Assembly: GCA_965228895.1 (NCBI GenBank)
Contig: OZ245842.1
Span: forward strand, 4,224,001 to 4,288,000
Direction: 5' to 3'
DNA: 64,000 nucleotides
DNA from: Alphaproteobacteria bacterium
Lineage (GTDB): Bacteria; Pseudomonadota; Alphaproteobacteria; SP197
Both the position numbers and the translations under genes were made by a program. The notes below the pieces were generated by a model. That model was not told where the DNA came from. It was given only the letters and a program-made list of their open reading frames with translations, and did no database searches. Position 1 is the first letter of the stretch; each line of letters begins with the position of its first letter. Below, piece after piece: positions 59,939-64,000 of the stretch.

Positions 59939-60489
59939 GACGGCCATGGCCAACATCCTGATAAATAACCACTAGCGGCACAGGCAGCGGGTCAGTTAGA
60001 GCCCTGCCCCTCCTTCCCGTCTATAGCGCATTGAATGATATCAAGGTTGCAGCTGTGATGTTCAGTGCACCATACTTCGCACTTCTGCGCGAGATCTCGC
60101 GTTGGATATTTGAAATGACAGACTGGACATTCGTATGTTGTGTTTGAGGTCATGTATCTGACAATTAGCTATGAGCGGGTCTTCACATACGGAAGAGGTC
60201 AACAGCACCTCAGATATGATCTTGAGTTGGTCGACCTCCACTATTTTGGAGGACGTGTACTAGATAGTACCACGTCGCCAAGTGTTTCTTTCACAAGGTG
60301 CACGCGACAAATCGCGTGTCACGGGCTTGGCAGACAAAACGCATGCAAGATTGCGGCATCGGTGCTGCACAGAGGAACAGCGGCGCTCTGGTGAAAAGCG
60401 GTACTGAAGACAAAGAGGGTGTCTCTGTTCCAGTCGTAGACCAATATCCACGTCTGCTCGCTCCGTCACCACGACATTCAAAAAAAGAC

Positions 60490-60521
60490 TTTACTCCGTA
60501 TCATAGTACGGAGCCTAGGCT
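60490..60521 (+). promoter_or_regulatory. Tn21-like mer operator/promoter
   Basis: TTTACT-CCGTATCATAGTACGGAGCC-TAGGCT, with dyad CTCCGTA..TACGGAG. Confidence 0.75.
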
Positions 60522-60538
60522 GTGTCTGTGAGGATGAA

Positions 60539-60991
60539 ATGATGAATGGCGAGACGATCAGTAAAGCTGCCCGGAAAGCCGGTGTTGGTGTGGAAACAAT
60601 CCGCTTTTATGAGCGGAAAGGGCTCATAGAACAGCCTCCAAAACCGAGGTATGGCGGCTACCGGATGTATCCAGTCGAGACGATTGAGCGCATCAAGTTC
60701 ATTCGGGAAGGGCAAGAGCTTGGTTTCTCGCTTCGGGAAATCGACGAATTGCTGTCACTGCGGGCGGACCCGTCGAGTGACTGTGGCGATGTCCGCAAGC
60801 GAGCCCAAAGGAAGCTAGCTGAAGTCAACGACAAGATAACGCAGCTTGAGTGCATCAGGGCAGGGCTGGAACAAGTGATTGCAGCCTGCCCCGGCAAAGG
60901 AGCGCTCAGGGCTTGCTCCATTATGGAGGCACTTGAAGGCTCCGATGGTGCTCACGCGATCACAAACCAAAAAAAGGAACCAGACTTATGA
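60539..60991 (+). CDS. MerR-family regulator, Hg(II)-type Cys triad
   Basis: GVETIRFYERKGL, GFSL.EI, SDC, ACPG, RAC. Confidence 0.9.
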   Translation: MMNGETISKAARKAGVGVETIRFYERKGLIEQPPKPRYGGYRMYPVETIERIKFIREGQELGFSLREIDELLSLRADPSSDCGDVRKRAQRKLAEVNDKITQLECIRAGLEQVIAACPGKGALRACSIMEALEGSDGAHAITNQKKEPDL

Positions 60992-61257
60992 CCGAAAAAC
61001 GCAAAATCGAGATCTTTAGTGCAGGCTGTGCGGTCTGTGAGGCAACAATTTCGCGGGTGAGAGAACTTGCCTGCACGTCGTGTGAAGTCGTTGTACTCGA
61101 CATGAGAGACCCTGACGTGACCCGACGGGCCAAGGATTTGGGTATCCGCTCGGTGCCTGCTGTGGCAATTGACGGCAAACTTGCCGATTGCTGTGCAGGC
61201 CGTGGACCGGACGAGGCGAGTTTGCAGGCGGCCGGTCTCGGACAACCCCTTTCGTAA
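60988..61257 (+). CDS. Small thioredoxin/glutaredoxin-like protein with six Cys
   Basis: AGCAVC, CTSC, SVPAV, DCC. Confidence 0.8.
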   Translation: MTEKRKIEIFSAGCAVCEATISRVRELACTSCEVVVLDMRDPDVTRRAKDLGIRSVPAVAIDGKLADCCAGRGPDEASLQAAGLGQPLS

Positions 61258-61265
61258 GGGATGCC

Positions 61266-61601
61266 ATGAATGATCCGAAAAAACGACCGCAGCTATGGCG
61301 TGTCCTTCTCGCCGTCTGCTTTGTGAGCACCCTCTGGGCAGACACGGGGGCGGCACAGGATGCAAAGCCTGTCTATACGCTGCAAATTGACGGACTAGCC
61401 TGTCCCTTTTGCGCCTATGGCATCGAAAAGCAACTAGGCGCCATTGAAGGCGTCGAAACAGTCGAAACTGATATCAAGTCTGGCACCGTGACAGTCACAA
61501 TGCAGGAGGGGGCTTCCCTAGACGAAGGAGCGGCTAATGGGGCCGTTGAGGCCGCCGGGTTCACGTTGCGTGGTTTTGAACAAGAAGTCGCAACTAACTG
61601 A
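61266..61601 (+). CDS. Exported HMA-domain protein
   Basis: Signal peptide, GLACPFC, AGF. Confidence 0.85.
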   Translation: MNDPKKRPQLWRVLLAVCFVSTLWADTGAAQDAKPVYTLQIDGLACPFCAYGIEKQLGAIEGVETVETDIKSGTVTVTMQEGASLDEGAANGAVEAAGFTLRGFEQEVATN

Positions 61602-61603
61602 AC

Positions 61604-62503
61604 ATGCACCTTCGCAACGTCTACTTAGCAAGTATGGTAATGGTCGTCTGGGCCGGAGTGGCTGAGGCCGCGCCTCAGACTTTCAACACAGCGCTGCCTG
61701 TCGCTGAGGGCGAGTTCGTTTTTCGCGAGCAATTTGTCTATCGAAAGGCGACCGACGACCCAAGCCCAGCCGACCGAGATCTGCAAGTGCTTGGCGGCAT
61801 TTCTGTCCTTGGGTATGGGGTGAGCGGTGACCTCGCTATCTTCGGCGTGCTTCCCTATCTGGACAAGGAGCTAGATGTTACGACAACGGGGGGCCAGCGT
61901 GTTACGCGGCAGACAAATGGCATCGGTGACGCCCGCTTGTTCGGTCGCTACACCGTCTATCAGGATGACGCGCCGGGGCGTACTTTCCGCGTCGCACCGT
62001 TTCTTGGCCTTGAGCTACCAACGGGAGATGACGACGACAGCGACAGCCTTGGGACTTTGCCCGCTCCCTTGCAGCTCGGCTCGGGTTCCTGGGATCCCTT
62101 TGGTGGTGTTGTTCTCACTTATCAGACCCTTGATTTTCAGATAGATGCCCAAGCCAGTTACAAGGCTAACACGGAAGCAAACGGCTTCGCGTTTGGTGAT
62201 GAGGCCCGCCTCGATGGTTCCCTTCAGTATCGACTGTGGCCACGCGAGCTGGGCTCCGGGGTGCCAGCCTTTCTCTACGGGGTTCTTGAAGGGAACCTCA
62301 TCAATCAGGCCGAGAACGAGGTGAATGGTGTCAAGAACGCCAATTCCGGCGGCACCTCGTTCTTTCTCGCTCCGGGACTTCAGTACGTTACGAAGCGATG
62401 GATTTTGGAAGGCATCGTCCAGGTCCCCGTCGTTCAAGACCTTAATGGCACGGCTTTGGAGGATGATTTTATTTTCCGCGCCGGGTTCCGGCTCAACTTC
62501 TGA
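61604..62503 (+). CDS. Outer-membrane beta-barrel transporter (MetA-pathway-like)
   Basis: Signal peptide, GIGD, LPTG, LGSGSWD, C-terminal Phe. Confidence 0.75.
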   Translation: MHLRNVYLASMVMVVWAGVAEAAPQTFNTALPVAEGEFVFREQFVYRKATDDPSPADRDLQVLGGISVLGYGVSGDLAIFGVLPYLDKELDVTTTGGQRVTRQTNGIGDARLFGRYTVYQDDAPGRTFRVAPFLGLELPTGDDDDSDSLGTLPAPLQLGSGSWDPFGGVVLTYQTLDFQIDAQASYKANTEANGFAFGDEARLDGSLQYRLWPRELGSGVPAFLYGVLEGNLINQAENEVNGVKNANSGGTSFFLAPGLQYVTKRWILEGIVQVPVVQDLNGTALEDDFIFRAGFRLNF

Positions 62504-62515
62504 GGTGCTGGAGCG

Positions 62516-63487
62516 ATGTGGAAAAAGCTTCTCAGGATTGCCGGTACATGTGTGTTGGTCCTCGCTGCTTTGGTTGTGGGCGCGTGGTTGGCGTTTGTGC
62601 CATCTGCCAAAGAACCGGACTATCAATTCATGTCTAGCTGGGGTGACGAGGGAACCGGACCAGGACAATTCCACGACCCCACAGGTATTGCCATTTCAGG
62701 CAATGAGGTTTTTGTGTCAGATGCCCGGAACGGGCGCATTCAGGTCTTCGACGTGGTGGGCAAATTCCTACGGTCCTTTGGAGGGGTCGGGGATGGTCCC
62801 GGTGAGCTTGGCCGCCCCATGAACTTGGTCGTCCAGGGTAGCGAGCTTTATGTGCCTGAGTATTTCAATGATCGCGTCCAAGTGTTCGGGCTGGACGGAA
62901 CGCCCGAACGAATAATCGGCGGGCCGGGCAGCGGCCCCGGACAATTTAACGCCCCTGGCGGGATCGCTGTGGGCTTGGATGGATTTCTCTATGTGGCCGA
63001 TTTCTATAACCAGCGCGTCCAGAAGCTAGAGCCCGACGGCACCTTCGTCAGCCAGTGGGGTAAGACCGGTGAAGTCGGCATCTGGAAGAATGAGTTCAAT
63101 TATCCAACGGATGTGGCACTCGGACTGGACGGCACGCTCTACGTTGCTGACGGCTACAACGACCGGATACAAGCCTTCGACCCAACCGGAGAGTTCTCCC
63201 ACAAATGGGGCGGACCATTCGCTATAAATGTTTTCGGCCCATTCAACGGCTGGTTCACGACCGCAACCAGTGTCGCAGTAGACAGCTATGGCAATGTTTT
63301 TGTCGCGGATTTCTACAATCACCGGGTTCAGAAATTCGCCGCGAATGGCAGCTTCTTGACGAGCTTCGGAAGGCAAGGCGCTGGGCCTGGTGAGTTTGAA
63401 TATCCTTCGGCGGTTGCTGTGGCGAGTGACGGCACGGTGTTTGTTGCCGACTTTGGCAACAACCGCATTCAGAGGTGGGGCCAGTAG
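62516..63487 (+). CDS. NHL-repeat beta-propeller protein with an N-terminal anchor
   Basis: Six GxGPGQF..P.GIA...YVAD..N.RVQ repeats. Confidence 0.9.
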   Translation: MWKKLLRIAGTCVLVLAALVVGAWLAFVPSAKEPDYQFMSSWGDEGTGPGQFHDPTGIAISGNEVFVSDARNGRIQVFDVVGKFLRSFGGVGDGPGELGRPMNLVVQGSELYVPEYFNDRVQVFGLDGTPERIIGGPGSGPGQFNAPGGIAVGLDGFLYVADFYNQRVQKLEPDGTFVSQWGKTGEVGIWKNEFNYPTDVALGLDGTLYVADGYNDRIQAFDPTGEFSHKWGGPFAINVFGPFNGWFTTATSVAVDSYGNVFVADFYNHRVQKFAANGSFLTSFGRQGAGPGEFEYPSAVAVASDGTVFVADFGNNRIQRWGQ

Positions 63488-63604
63488 ATTGCCATCCCAT
63501 GCACTTCTGTTATGCACCGAACAGCGGATGAAATGAGGGGAATAGCGGACATTTGACATGAGTCGCACAATTTCTTTTCTTGCGACATACGTGGGTCAGT
63601 CTGA

Positions 63605-63847
<243 letters not shown>

Positions 63848-63877
63848 GAACCGGAAAAGCGAAAACGGGAGCGCCCC

Positions 63878-64000
63878 ATGTTTAAAAAGTTCGATTTTTA
63901 CACGACCGCTGCACCAGCTGCGCTGATCGTGGGGTTCTGCTGGGTCTATGTCGCCATGGTCTTCCTGAAAATTCCCGGTTGGCCTGCCATGGTGGGTATG
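63878..64000 (+). CDS. Second copy of the DUF1097-like gene (cut by window edge)
   Basis: MFKKFDFYTTAAPAALIVGFCWVYVAMVFLKIPGWPAMVGM, versus MLKKCDFYTVAAPFA at 58962. Confidence 0.85.
   Translation, partial: MFKKFDFYTTAAPAALIVGFCWVYVAMVFLKIPGWPAMVGM

Noticed and set aside
59940-60480. Short ORFs between the mer operon and the second merR
   Set aside because: No motifs or convincing RBS, so probably intergenic or decayed DNA.

Overview
High-GC, probably alphaproteobacterial accessory DNA (taxonomy inferred from gene content) in three blocks. Block A (0.36-13.5 kb) has a type I secretion ABC/MFP pair with a repeat-rich lysozyme-like substrate, a Tat multicopper oxidase plus a large single-CxxCH protein, and a triuret-hydrolase-like enzyme with a urea transporter and cupin. 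Block B (13.5-27.5 kb) is a co-directional quaternary-amine cluster: betaine-type ABC transporter, LysR, FMO, TauD, BetA, SDR, aminotransferase, MttB and a 2OG oxygenase. Block C (29.6-64 kb) is a heavy-metal and periplasmic thiol-redox island (P1B ATPase, four MerR-family regulators, Dsb/TlpA/SCO/PCuAC/CtaG/CcdA, two lspA, a cop-like cluster, a mer operon and a second MerR operon) with IS scars. The main observation is that each block starts at a same-orientation dif-like (XerC/D) site, CATAA-TCTGCA-TTATGG, at 334, 13508 and 27535. Each site is followed by a conserved non-coding element with a tRNA-3'-like stretch; copies 2 and 3 also carry a 20-bp palindrome and phased CAGGGAA boxes. An IS1202-like end lies 5 bp from the XerC arm of copy 2. 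An intact IS1111-type IS110 sits in the CAGGGAA array of copy 3, and its non-coding end matches that target. Together these suggest an Xer-built array of ~13-14 kb cargo cassettes. All protein calls come from motif recognition by eye, with no database search.
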